Notes: generated from the sequence alone by a model not told the origin. A stretch of 64,000 bases of DNA from Chrysomallon squamiferum (GCA_012295275.1 CM022665.1:16926001-16990000); one strand, 5' to 3'; shown: positions 1 to 21,179, counted from the stretch's first letter. A program made the numbers and translations.

Positions 1-520
1 ACGTAATCCAAATCAATGCATTATTTTCCCTTCTGACCATAAGAGCACTAACATTTTTACAGACGACGGATGTTTTATTGTCAAACGCTAGATTAAAATA
101 AATACTATTAGTTAATATTTAAACTGTTCTTGTATATGTGTCTTATTCAGATGGAAAATATTTTAAAATGTGGCATGATTATTTATTTTACAAATACAAT
201 TATTCTGTCATTAATTAAAATAGTTTTTCTATTTGATTAGCATATCCTGAACTGTTTATACAATAAAATATTTTTATTTTATTATTTTTCATTATGAATC
301 AACTTCCATTTTAATCTGGAGATGGTAAATTTGTGATAAATCTGTTTTTGGAACAAAAATTTTAATTGTCAGAATGTATTAATAATTTTTATATTTTTGT
401 AAAGATAAATCTTTTTATGAACATTCTTTAACTCTCAGAAAAACAATATTTGATCAAATAAGGAAGTTGTAATTTTTTAACACTTACTGAAGTTGCGAGG
501 AAATCTTGTAAATAATATTA

Positions 521-854
521 CTGCACAATTTTCCATTCAAACCAGTCAAAAATGGAAAATAATAAATAAATAAATATCTTGGTAAAATGGAAACCATACA
601 GAGTAAATAAAACAGCATGGCCTGTTGTTCACATTCATAAATGTGATGTAAATTGTATAATTATGCTCTAGTGCAGTCTTTTATTTTCACTTTCAAGAAA
701 TTTACTATCATATGAACACAGAAAGAAATTCATTTTTAAACAAGTTTTATTTAAAATGTAAATAGTTCAGTATTAAACAAAACAATGACAGATCTGCTAT
801 CATATCCCAAAATAAAATGAATGAAGTAATTATTTACAGATTATACATCAGCTC
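521..854. repeat. Diverged direct repeat, copy A (downstream of ACTR10)
   Basis: Shares collinear blocks with 10004-10492: ctgcacaatt(t/c)tccattc, aataaataaataaatatcttg(g/t)taaaatggaaaccata, tttcaagaaatt(t/a)actat, aacaagttttatttaaaatgt, tattaaacaaaacaatgacag(a/g)tctgctatca(t/c)atccc, cagctc. Confidence 0.9.
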
Positions 855-2614
855 GTCACAGGACAAAATCACATACCAAAACCATTTCTACATCAAGCTG
901 TGAGTCAATGTTTAGAACACAATTTTATAACTTATTACAGTTTGTCACGCTTCAAATCAGAGATCTAGTTTTTGTATTGCCCTCTAATCTGTTAAACCTG
1001 TTTTTAACTGTTTTCTTGTTTTTTTGTGAAGTCATGGTTTCCAAAAGTCAAATAGGCTGACCAATAGCGTTGTAAATCTGAACGAATATGTTGATAAAAA
1101 TATTTAAAGTTATAAGATAAATTCAAAATGATTAAATTGTTTATCCAAGTTTATTAAATAACTGGTTGCACACCCTCAAATATTTATCTAAGATAAAAAC
1201 AAAATTCAAAATAAGTTGAGGATCCAAGTCTGACACACTGCTAAACAGATACTTAAACTCACACAAGAAGAAAGCATAAATTATTAGACTGACAAAGTGG
1301 CCAGTATATCAATTTAAAAAACAACAACCTCAAACCATCAAGTCAGTTCAAACAACATATTGTCTCATGAAATCGTAAATTAAGTTCAAAGAGATCATAC
1401 ATATTCATGTGTTTGACCATGAATATTCAACAGTTGAAGGTTAGTCCATTTTCTGTTGAACCTAAGGAGATGTTACACCAGTCAGGAAGTTTTCCAGTCT
1501 TCATGTACAAATCTCGTGACAGAGACCTCATTGGCAAAATCTCCAGTGCCCCAAATATAGCACCTGTTGTTAAAAAAATAATAATAATAAATTATATATA
1601 TAGACAGGCAGGTAGATAGATTGATACAGATATGTATGTATGCTAAACTAAAGCTAAATAATAAACATTATGAACATGCTTCTACAGAGATTGTCCTAAA
1701 ATATTTACTTTTAATTAATTAATTATTTAGCAAACTTGTTATTGTTGTAATAATATATTACAAATGTTTAATGTATTAAAATGTCTTACCTCCGAGCCAG
1801 ACAGCGTAGTTTTCTTTAGCAGGTGGTTGGTGGAACCTGAACTCTTGAATAGCTAAAACATTCTTGTATTTGGGCTGACTCATGAGATCATACAGTTCCA
1901 GTCGGAGACGATGATAAAACCCCTGCAACATCGCTGTGCCTCCCATTATGAAAATGTTCGCAGCCAGTTTGCAGTGTGTGTCTACAGGACACTGCAAAAC
2001 ACATTGATCAAAATATTGTAAATTAGAGTATCTATATGAAAGTCTGACAAAATTCAAAAATAAATTATGTGCAATTCAGAAAAAATATTGAAATCCCAAG
2101 AGTTCCACATTAGTTTCATTTCAAAATCAGGATGTACATAATTCTTAGATGAAATGTGTTCAAACTTTGCAAGTAAGTAGTTAAAATATGTATAATATGG
2201 GGAATAGCGTTATGAAGAACACTTGAATATTTCAAAAGATTCTATTGGAAATTTGCTGAGATCTATGCAAAAAGAGAACAAAGTTAAGCCCCCCCCAAAA
2301 AAGAGTTTAACAGCATCTTCTCAGTGCTTCCCAAATGCATCAGATCTGATCTTTTCTACATCTTAGAACTTTTACAAAGATAAGCTATGTGTTTTCACTG
2401 TACTGTCTAACATTTTATTTGTGTAAATAGCATGCAAAACAGTTGATCAAGTTTCTTAAACAATGATGACAAATAAATAAAGAAGCATGGGTTTAGTCAC
2501 ATGACATGTTTTAGCCAATCATTGTTGCTTATTAAAGACTGTCTCTGCTGACAGTTTTCTGATAGTGTGGTCTCCTTTTCAGGCCAACAACTCATGGAAA
2601 AAGCCAAGGTCGAT

Positions 2615-3255
2615 TTTTTGCTTTGAGTGAGCTTCAGATACACCGCTGCTAGTTGGCGCAATGAACAACATAACATCTGATCAGCATCCCACGTCTTACT
2701 TGTTTACTTCACACGTTTTGTGCAGTATTTTGCCAAATGTCCTTTTTCTGGCCATGGATCCTAAGAAAGTGAGTGCAAAGGACAGTGCTGAAAAAAAGAA
2801 GTGGATGATTTCCATTGAATTAAAGCTTGAAAAACGAGAGGTGTGCATGTAGTTGATTTGGTTAGGCAGTATGAGTATAGCACTTTTACCACACTGAAGC
2901 TGAAGGAGTCATTAAAGGCTGTATCTCCAGCCAAAGGTTTTTAATTAATTTGTCTGATCTCCAAGATAAATACACTTTACAAAACCAATTTATTTCTTTA
3001 TTTTCTCTTTTATTATTTTTTTTTTTTTTTTTTTTTTTTACAATGTTTGTCATTTATAAATACATTTTTCTTATTTAAAAACACATTAAAAAAAAAAAAA
3101 AAAAAAAAAAATTGGGGTGGTTTTTGGGGGGCTGGAACAGATTAATGGTATTTCAATTAATTCCAGTTTGAAAAATTTATTTGATATATGAGCAAATTGA
3201 GATACAAGCTCGGTCATGGAATGAATTAAACTCCTTGTAAGTCAAGATACCACTG
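2615..3255 (+). mobile_element. Non-autonomous Tigger/pogo-type DNA transposon, internally deleted
   Basis: Decayed N-terminal CENP-B-like HTH (MDPKKVSAKDSAEKKKWMISIELK...). The right end reads gtaagtcaagataccactg followed by TA (TIR CAGTGGTAyCTTGACTTA). The left end is not clearly visible. Confidence 0.8.
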
Positions 3256-3570
3256 TATTTAAAAAATATTTTGTCCCATCATGCTCTGCGAAAGTATTTA
3301 AACATATTTAAACAAACAGTTTTTCAATAAGTTATGGAAATAAAATAACACTGGTATTGCAAAATCATTTTTTTATTGTGCAAATCACATTTATTCATGC
3401 CAAACGCAAGCTGTTTTTGAAAGCTAACTGTCAATAACTATACAATATGAAATTAACAGTTAGTGAAAATATATTTATTTTTTATTTTTTTTATTTTTTT
3501 AACTGACTGTGCATCTCCCCTTAATAGAAAGTTTGCTGATTAAATAACTGTCTAGATATATATATATGTA

Positions 3571-3612
<42 letters not shown>

Positions 3613-4083
3613 TATACATATACATGCATACATACATACATACATATTCCTTGATAATGTCTCTGCTTCTTCCTTGTATTTATCATCAACAAAGACTGAT
3701 ACTACAAAACAACACCTCCTAGTTTATAGAAGAGAAAAAAATGAAGATGTAAACTAAATTGATTATGATATAAAATAATAATAATTTTATAACAAAGTAC
3801 TGTAAATTAATCCTTTTCTTTTACCTGTATTAGTGCATCAAGTAACAAAGTTGCCACAGATTTTTCCTCATTATCTTGTTGAAACAGAACTTCACAAACA
3901 TGTTCTCTAAAAAACAAAATCAGATATTCCATTTATTTTCATTTAGTCAAATGTTTTATTTCATTTTAAAAAAATATTTAAAAAGAAAGAAGGAAAGTAA
4001 GAAAACACATTTAGTGATACAATTTAGACTAATAATTAATTTTACTCTATTAATATAATTATCTAATATAAAAGCTGATAATT

Positions 4084-4195
4084 AATAAAATAAAGTGTAA
4101 TATAAATTCTGATACTTAATCAAATAAAGTGTAATATAAATTCTGATACTTAATAAAATAAAGTGTACAATGAAATCTGATAATTAATGAAGTGA
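4084..4195. repeat. Minisatellite, ~34-bp unit, about 3 copies
   Basis: Unit aataaaataaagtgtaatataaattctgatactt repeated in ACTR10 intron 10. Confidence 0.8.
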
Positions 4196-5328
4196 AATGA
4201 AAAATGAAACCTGATTTCTCCTTTTATGTTGATCACATTACTTCCATCAAGAGGAAAGGCCATATCTGGAGGTGGCTTTGGTAGCTAAAATACAGAAATA
4301 TAGGAAATTTAAAATCTCTCTCTTAATAATTTATTAATTATTTAAAATTATAAACATACAAATATAATTCCCTAACAAAAGTAAATGATTAAATATATTT
4401 AATAATATTATTCTAATAATAATAATGATGATAATAATAATAATAACAGTAACAAGATCAAAAAATAATTAAAAAATGAAAGATTGAGAAATGGTTTTTT
4501 TAGAAAATGAATAAAAGGTATGCACCTCAGCATCACTATTTCCATTAATATAATCTTGAATTTTCTTTGCTCTCTTTGAAATTTGTAACAAAGCAACACT
4601 GAACTGCAATGGAAGAAAATATTTTAAATAAATTAATAACTGCCAAATAACTCCTATCTCCACATACACCTTATTAGGTGTTGTAAACCTGAATACAGAC
4701 AAAATCCATTCTGACAGCCTGTTTTATCACTAAAGGAAAACAGAAATAATGAATAGACTATTATTGACAACTCTGTATGTTTGTACTGAACAAAAATTAT
4801 ATCGAATACCTTTTACCTCCTCCAAAACCTCTTCATTGATATCATCTAAAACAAAGATAAAAAAAGTTTAAAAAAAAATTAAATCACTTTTAGGCCTACC
4901 CAACAGTCATAAAATTAATTTTAAAAAAAACAACCAAAAGAACAAAAAAAAAAAAAAACAGGCAAATATTATATTATTTTAACTCAACCCTTTCTATTAT
5001 TCTTATGTTATTACACTTTAATTTTTTTTTATAAATGATTAAAATATTTTTCATATGTATCTATTACTCAGTAATATTAATTTAAAACTGTGTGATAATA
5101 AAATAAAACTTTTTAAATTAATAATAATAATAATAATAATAATAACAACAACAATAATGATAATGATAATAATTAAATATTCAAATATTTTCTGTCTCAC
5201 AATTACAGCTTGCAAGATCACTTACAGCAGTATGCCATTGTAAACAAGGCGCTGTTGTATGAGAAACAGAACTTTTTTCTGAAATCTTATAAAAGAATCA
5301 ATATCAAATCTGTATTGTAAAACAATGC

Positions 5329-5362
<34 letters not shown>

Positions 5363-5854
5363 TTACAATTTGCAAAAATTAATAAATAAAACAAGAAACA
5401 GAGAGAGACATAACCAATCACTGAGGTCAAAGTGCGTGGTTCGTTGTCATTGTAATTTTTTATTGTTCCATGTTCTTTTAGTTGGGCCTCGATCTGACTG
5501 TAAAAAAAAAAATAACATGATATAAAGCTAGTACTATTTCAATATTTAACAAATAGAAAACTAATACCACAAATCTTTGGAAATGATAAAAATTTGATTA
5601 TATTTGTTTTTCACGTATATATCATTATTTTTACTATTTTCTGTATTTTCAAAAATATTATAGTCATTTATTTCCATTATCTTATTATTATTTTAATACA
5701 TGTTATTTCTTCTGTTTTGGAAGTCTGAACTTTTCTTATCAGTGGTATTAACATTTTATTTTATTTGATCTTTTAAGACATATTTTTATGAACACATTTT
5801 TGTTTATTCTTTCTCTATGCCAGAAAACCAAATTCTTGTAATTACAGTTTTGTA

Positions 5855-6416
5855 ACATGTTTTTATATAAGAAAAATGTATTTATAAATAACAGATATTA
5901 TATAAAAACAAAATAAAAGAGAATGTAAAGAAATAAATTGGTTTTGTAAAGTGTATTTATCTTGGAGATCAGACAAATTATTTTAATGCCTTTGGCTAGA
6001 GTTACAACATTTATTGACTCCTTCTGCTTCAGTATGGTACGTATTGTACAAGTACTATGCTTATACTGCCCAGCCAAGTCGACTATATGCATACTTCACT
6101 CATGTTTTTCTATGATATCATGCTTTAATTCAACAGACATCATCCACTTCTTCTTTTCAGCATTGTACTTTGCACCCACTTTCTTAGGATCCATGGTCAG
6201 AAAAAATTAATTTAGAAAAATACTGCACAAAACGTGATTACAACCCAACAAAGATGCTTCTGCAGCAATGTAACCACATGAAGCAAATGAGTGAGATGCA
6301 GGATGCTAGCTGAATGTTGTATTGTTCATTGCGGCAACTAGCGGCAGCATATCTGAAGCTCGCTTGTAACTCAGAAAACTTGTAAGTTTGTGCCCTCATA
6401 AGTCAAGGTACCACTG
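5855..6416 (-). mobile_element. Second copy of the same Tigger/pogo-type element, opposite orientation
   Basis: TIR CAGTGGTACCTTGACTTA at 6399-6416. Encodes MDPKKVGAKY..VDLAGQYKHSTCTIRTILKQKESI. Shares the same post-deletion sequence (tttgtctgatctccaagataaatacactttacaaaaccaatttatttc) with the copy at 2615-3255. Confidence 0.8.
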
Positions 6417-6608
6417 AATTATTATTGTCATTGTTATTTTTATCAGTTGTGTAACTATAGTTGTAGCATAAAATCTATTATTATTATCATTACAACAATC
6501 ATAATAAATAAACTACTACCAGATTAATGTTAAATCTTACCTCTGAATTGCTTTACTTCCAAGAGGAATCGCCTGAAAACCTTTCATAATAGGAATTCCA
6601 TTATAAAC

Positions 6609-6931
6609 CTACAGCTAAGGAATAATATTTTTTTACATTTAGTATTTAAAAAAAAAAAAAATGTTAATTAATTCATTAATCACTTAATATAAAATAAATG
6701 AAAGATAGTAAAAATAATAAAATATGAGAAGTAAACCCCAAAAGAAGTTCTAAATGAAGTAATAATGATTAAATGAGATGACATTTTTCAAAAATGAATA
6801 AATAAAATGCAAAGTAAGTACCAGTAATTAATCAGAATTGTAAAGTATTATTCTATGAAAAAAAATGGACCTTTCTATTTTATATTTGCAGCACTAGAAA
6901 AACAAAGTTATGATAAGGCTAAAAAGGATAC
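6609..6931 (-). other. U12-type (minor spliceosome) GT-AG intron, ACTR10 intron 5
   Basis: The 5' splice site reads GTATCCTTTT (6922-6931), the U12 consensus. The 3' end reads TTCCTTAGCTGTAG, with a U12-like branch sequence (6615-6622) close to the AG and no long polypyrimidine tract. Confidence 0.85.
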
Positions 6932-8719
6932 AGGTATCACAATAGTTTCATTGTAGCCAAGATCCATTACTAAACCTGTATTCATTGCAACAGTCATTGC
7001 AACAGACCATGTGACTTGGAGCAAACAACACAGAGGCTATCTAAAGGAAATAAAAAGATTACAATTAATCATATTAATTAATAAATAATGAATGAATAAA
7101 TAGTAATTTAAAAACATAAACATGACAAAACAAATTTAAATATCTGCTTTACATTTTATAATATTATCTTCTTTCAACTTTTTAAAAACCAATTTTTTTT
7201 TTTAATTTTTAATTTTTTTTTTTTTATATATATATTTTTTCGTATTAGGATATATAATGATAAAAATTACCATAATGTTATGGACTTCAGTTTTCAGTTG
7301 ATGCAAAAGTTTTCATTAAAATATTTATATTCATCTTTGCAGAGAAAGTTCATGTAAATGCTTCTGACACGTCAATTGTGAGGTCTACTTAAGTTACAGT
7401 TCAGAGGATTCTCGACTACGGATGCACAAATATTAATCCAGAGATGCATCAGGCTTAAAGTCAGCTCTCTCTCTAGAGAGTTAAATATTTCTTTCTTTAG
7501 TAATAACATTCTTAATCAATCAATTCAACCACCCAGCAATTAATTTCTACATAAGTAAACCAAAGCTAACATGACTGATTCAAGAATCCAAATCAAACCA
7601 ACCTCGTAGTGGCAAAACAAAACCTTTGCCAGTGTTTCACGGAAGTTGGTTGGACACAGAAGTGATTCCACAACAACATGTTTGTCTTTTGGAGTTATCA
7701 GCAAATGTCTGAAAACAAATACGATGTAATTATATTAAATCCAGTGACAATTTTAAAAGTCAATCAAATAACTGTTAGAAAGAGGTCATTGCATTGTGAG
7801 TTTGGGCAGAAGATTGATAAATTACAGACAGAGAGTTCAAGTGAGTTAGAGACAGTTAGAGAGTTAGAGTGAGAGACAGAGAGATTTTTTCCACAATACA
7901 AATAATAAACAGCTACATTATATTTACTCTATATGTGAACAATAAAGGCTTTTACCGGAAGCATAAATAGTAAAAGAAATCCTTTAAGTATTCATACAGG
8001 TCATCACCATTTGCATAATTCCATATTTTCACCATCTAAATATATAAAGAAATCAGTGCTGGATGAAGGAATATTTATTCTGAACATCCAGATAAACTGT
8101 CAAGTTATTACATATTGAACCCATCTTTTACTTCCAGTTCACAAATTCACCACTTAAACCAGAAAATTTAAGTTTTTCAAAATTTAATGATTTCAAAGCA
8201 GAACCACATAAGAACTGAAGAATAGACAAGTACATTAACAAGCCATTTACTAGACCACCTATATATAAACCCTTAAAAGTCAAGAAACATACATCCACTG
8301 AAGGAGATTTAAAAATTATTTTACTCAAACTGGTGCTGTAACATATTTGTTGTGCACGTTTCTAATTGTGTGTGTTGTAAAGGTTTAATAAAATACCTTG
8401 CCAGTTTTGTTATCTTTTACTTCACTGCGTAAAATACATTTTGGAGCTGCTTCTCCTGCTAATCCACATCTGCATAAAATAATTAAATTATGTTAACAAT
8501 GTGTTGTATTTTATAATATTAACAGTATTAAGACTGAGGTTGTAGATATTTAATGTAATATTTTAATTAACATTTTATCAGTATAGGAAATTACTATTAT
8601 TTTAAAACACTGACAACTACAGGAAAAACATTTAAAACAATTAAAAAATATAATGTATATTTTTATCAGAAAATAAACAAAGTTGTACTCATTAGGCCTT
8701 GATCTAAAACAGTAGGAGG

Positions 8720-8754
<35 letters not shown>

Positions 8755-10003
8755 AAAGAAGAAAAATGGAGAAATGTGTACTAAGTTACTAAAACAGACA
8801 AGTTCTGGGACATGGTGAACTTCAGCAATGGTAGCAACACAAAAGCATTATTTTATTACTGTCAAACAAGGATGTATTTTATATCTAATAAAAGGCATTT
8901 AAAACCTAGATTAAAAATAATAATAAAGTAAAATAAAATAAAATAAATATATAAATAATGACAAATATATTGAATTTCAAAGCTGTCAAACCCAATTTCT
9001 GAATATAGAAATTTTGTGGAAAGGTCTACCATAAGTCAGAAGAAAAACATATTTCAAGAGACATCTTTACCAACTGTGCAGTATCTATTCAATAAAGTGT
9101 TCTTTCTAAAAACCTTAATAAAGGTAGACTTAATTAAATATTACATTTTTGGCCTGTATCAACTTATATCTGAACGTGTCATCATTCCTGAGTAAGAGTT
9201 GTCGCTCTAGAGTAAGTAATTTTTATATACAGTTTTTCGTATCCTGCAGTCGACTATATAATTGAGTTTTTCCGTATGTAGTTGGTATCTTTCATGAATC
9301 GGGCACTACCGCTTCATTTCAAATGACTATTAAACAATAAATACAAGATTATTTATCAAACACAAGCCAACGCTGAATATGAAAGCTAATAAAACTAAAC
9401 TTTCCATTTGTCTATTCAGCGTAATGGAATGTTTTTGTTTTTCCCCAACATTCGGTTGTTATTTATCAACTTTCCCGTTTTGCTTTTGTTTTCTGAGTTT
9501 CAATTACGTCTTTATAAGAAATAAACTGGTATGTGATCCCATTCTGCTTTTAATCATGTAGTAAATTAGTGTTCCATTTTCAGGTTGATCGATATTCAGT
9601 CAAGATTTGTCGAACACACCCGTGCAAAAATTAACAAACATGGTTTATTCCCCATAGAAAATAAACTGATACGTGATTTCATTCTACTTTTGAACATATA
9701 CTAAATTAGCGTTCCATTTTGAAGTCGGGGATTCGCGCCATTTCTACAAGAAGTTTGATTTTTCTCTTGTACCTAAGATGCGAGATCGATACTCAGACAA
9801 GATCTATTGAACACAAAACATACCAGTTTAAAATAATAAACAAGGTGTAAAAACATAGCAAACTTTGTGTACGATGTGCCCAAATCAATGACGATAACGT
9901 CATCTTCACAACTGCTAACGCTATATGACACCATGATTCACAAAAAAGTGCGGAAACGATGCTCATGAAAGGACATAATTACTGCAGTGGTGAGGTTATA
10001 CTC

Positions 10004-10492
10004 CTGCACAATTCTCCATTCCAACAACTAAAAAATGGCAGCATGGAAAATGGTCTTACAAGCAAAATTATATCGTAAATAATTCTACCATCACTGAACC
10101 TAGTCTTATTCATTGTATCTAAGAAAGAAAACAAAATAAAGAAAAATAAATCATTTGAATTTGACTGTCAAGACTTCCAAACTGGTAACCAATTTCATTT
10201 CATTATTCAAAATATTCTCACAAAACTATACTATTTATAACAAATGTTATTAATTAAAAAATTATAAGAAGAATAATGATAATAACCAAAATAAATAAAT
10301 AAATATCTTGTTAAAATGGAAACCATATGCCATTTCAAGAAATTAACTATTGCATAAACACAGAACAAAATTCACTTTTAAACAAGTTTTATTTAAAATG
10401 TGAAAAGTTCAATATTAAACAAAACAATGACAGGTCTGCTATCACATCCCGAAAGAAAACAAATGAATGATTTGCAAGTTACACAACAGCTC
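10004..10492. repeat. Diverged direct repeat, copy B (between the MCM5 3' end and the ACTR10 start)
   Basis: Same collinear blocks as 521-854, with about 240 bp of extra sequence near 10050-10290. Contains a minus-strand AATAAA at 10388-10393 (equivalent at 746-751 in copy A). Confidence 0.9.
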
Positions 10493-11168
10493 AAAATTAC
10501 ATTTTCATCTGATACAAAATAATGTACTTCATATCATATTCAAAATATAACCTGCAAATAAATTTAAAGAAAAAATATAAGAAAAAATATACAATGGGAA
10601 AATATCTGAATCATTTTATTGTTGTAACAACACAACTACCTACGCCAAAATTTTGAGATTTTTTGATCTCCCAAAATCAACTGGTTATCTCAGAAAAATA
10701 ATGTAAGTTTTTATTTTATAATCAGTCATCAAAAAATATTTCAATCCCTGTTTGAATGAGATTTATATAAAGGACTGATAAACATTTCACCCTCATATTT
10801 ACAAGATCATTCAGCAGATTTCATTCTTCACTTCCAGAAATTTCATTTGTTATGTTACTATTTCCTTCATCACAATGTCAATGCTGAAGTTTACATTTTC
10901 TTGTATACACTTACTGAAGTAATTATCTAGTTCTGAACTGATTTCATGAGAAATCAGCTTGCTTTACACAAAAATTATGAAGTATCAAGAATTTCATATA
11001 AAACACATACAATTTCTTTTTATGTATTTTTTTTTTTATTATAAGCCACTGAAAATTGTGTTATGGCTTGTTAATTTTCTATTTAAAAAAAAAAAAAAAA
11101 AAAAAACCACATTTCGTCTTTAGATTTAAGTCAGCTTGGTGGGTTTTTTCCCCACAGATATTTTTTCT

Positions 11169-20027
<8,859 letters not shown>

Positions 20028-20065
20028 TTTCAACTTAGAAATTTGTCAACAATCTTTGTCTTTAA

Positions 20066-20087
20066 TTTGGCGCGAAATCTTTCCCGC
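20066..20087 (-). promoter_or_regulatory. Tandem E2F binding sites upstream of MCM5
   Basis: TTTGGCGCGAAA (20066-20077; the reverse complement TTTCGCGCCAAA is the classic DHFR-type overlapping E2F site) and TTTCCCGC (20080-20087), 40-60 bp upstream of the ATG. MCM genes are established E2F targets. Confidence 0.85.
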
Positions 20088-21134
20088 CACGTCAACTGGT
20101 TTTTATAATGATAAACCGTACAATGTACAAACCACATCCGAAAGACCTTAACCAGTCTACTGAAGATAAACCAAGGGGAAATAAGCGGTCATTCGCGAGT
20201 GACTGAAATTTTATGTCCGATTTATTGATCTCGTGTGCTTTTTCTTTTATTAATCATTATTTATATTTATTTATTATTATTTTTAATATACAATGAAAGA
20301 GAAGAAAGCTCGTGTTGCATTCCGTTGAACATTGTGTTAATAACGGCGTTTTTTTCGCAGTTTTTAATAAATTACACGTTCACTATAAACGAGAAAACAA
20401 TCCATCATGCACTCGCAGGATTTATCCCGTAGACGAAATACTGATGTAAACTTTTTCCAGCCGTTAAATCTGTGATACATAACGAAGAACCTCGCTCTTC
20501 ATGCTCTTTTAAAAAGAAAAGACTCGCCATCCAATCCAAAGCATTTTTCCGTTCTTAGATTTATTTGATTTGATTTGATTTATTAATTATTTATGTACAT
20601 GACGACGATGATGCACATTAAAACTTATTCAGACAGACCAATTTGAATTGCACTGCCTTTGCAGTTATGCAAAGAGGTACATGTATTTAGGACAACCCAA
20701 AAGGGGCGATCATTCTTACTAGCTTTTGTGGTAAAATCCATTTGGTTTGTTGAGCAGTTTACAGTTATATACTGCTTATTATAGGTACCTATAATTATGA
20801 AGAACCTTTTTTTTTTTTTTTTTTCATTTATTAATTTATTTTTAATGTTACGTGATTCCATTTAAAACAGTATAATAATATTATTATGTTGTTGTTGCTT
20901 TTTTATGTTGGTGTATGGCGATTAATATATCTGAAAAAAAAAAAAAAAGCCCGTTATTGCCATTCACGTTTCTCTGTGTTCGATGGTAAGTAATCTTTTA
21001 CACACACTCCAACAGTCATGAATGCACCCAAAGCGGCTTGTTCTTTAATATGCCAGTAGTCTAATAATGAATGGAACGGGAGATAGCCAAACGGTTTTTT
21101 AGATGTGCAAGCAGGGATAATAATTTATTTAACC

Positions 21135-21179
<45 letters not shown>

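Larger units (their letters stand above)
1427..9934 (-). pseudogene. ACTR10: Actin-related protein 10 (Arp11, dynactin pointed-end subunit); 13 exons with two +1 frameshifts (probable decaying duplicate; assembly error not excluded)
   Basis: Exons with GT-AG boundaries: 9864-9934 (MVSYSVSSCEDDVIVIDLGTSYTK), 8397-8469 (CGLAGEAAPKCILRS), 7956-8035, 7603-7708 (HLLITPKDKHVVVESLLCPTNFRETL), 6932-7040, 6541-6608, 5415-5497, 4810-4845, 4526-4603, 4211-4284, 3825-3906, 1790-1991 (CPVDT..GGTAMLQGF..PPAKENYAVWLG), 1427-1563 (GAIFGAL..LPDWC, TGA at 1427-1429). Motifs match ACTR10 as remembered (CPIDTR, WLGGAIFGAL, IPDW). Exons 5 (109 nt) and 9 (78 nt) are each one base too long for the flanking phases. 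Gene identity is high confidence; pseudogene status is moderate. Confidence 0.8.

Noticed and set aside
1-60. ccaaatcaatg match to ACTR10 exon 1 (IDL codons) as the start of the predicted second copy
   Set aside because: Only 11 nt. The IDL frame has an upstream stop and no other similarity, so it may be chance.
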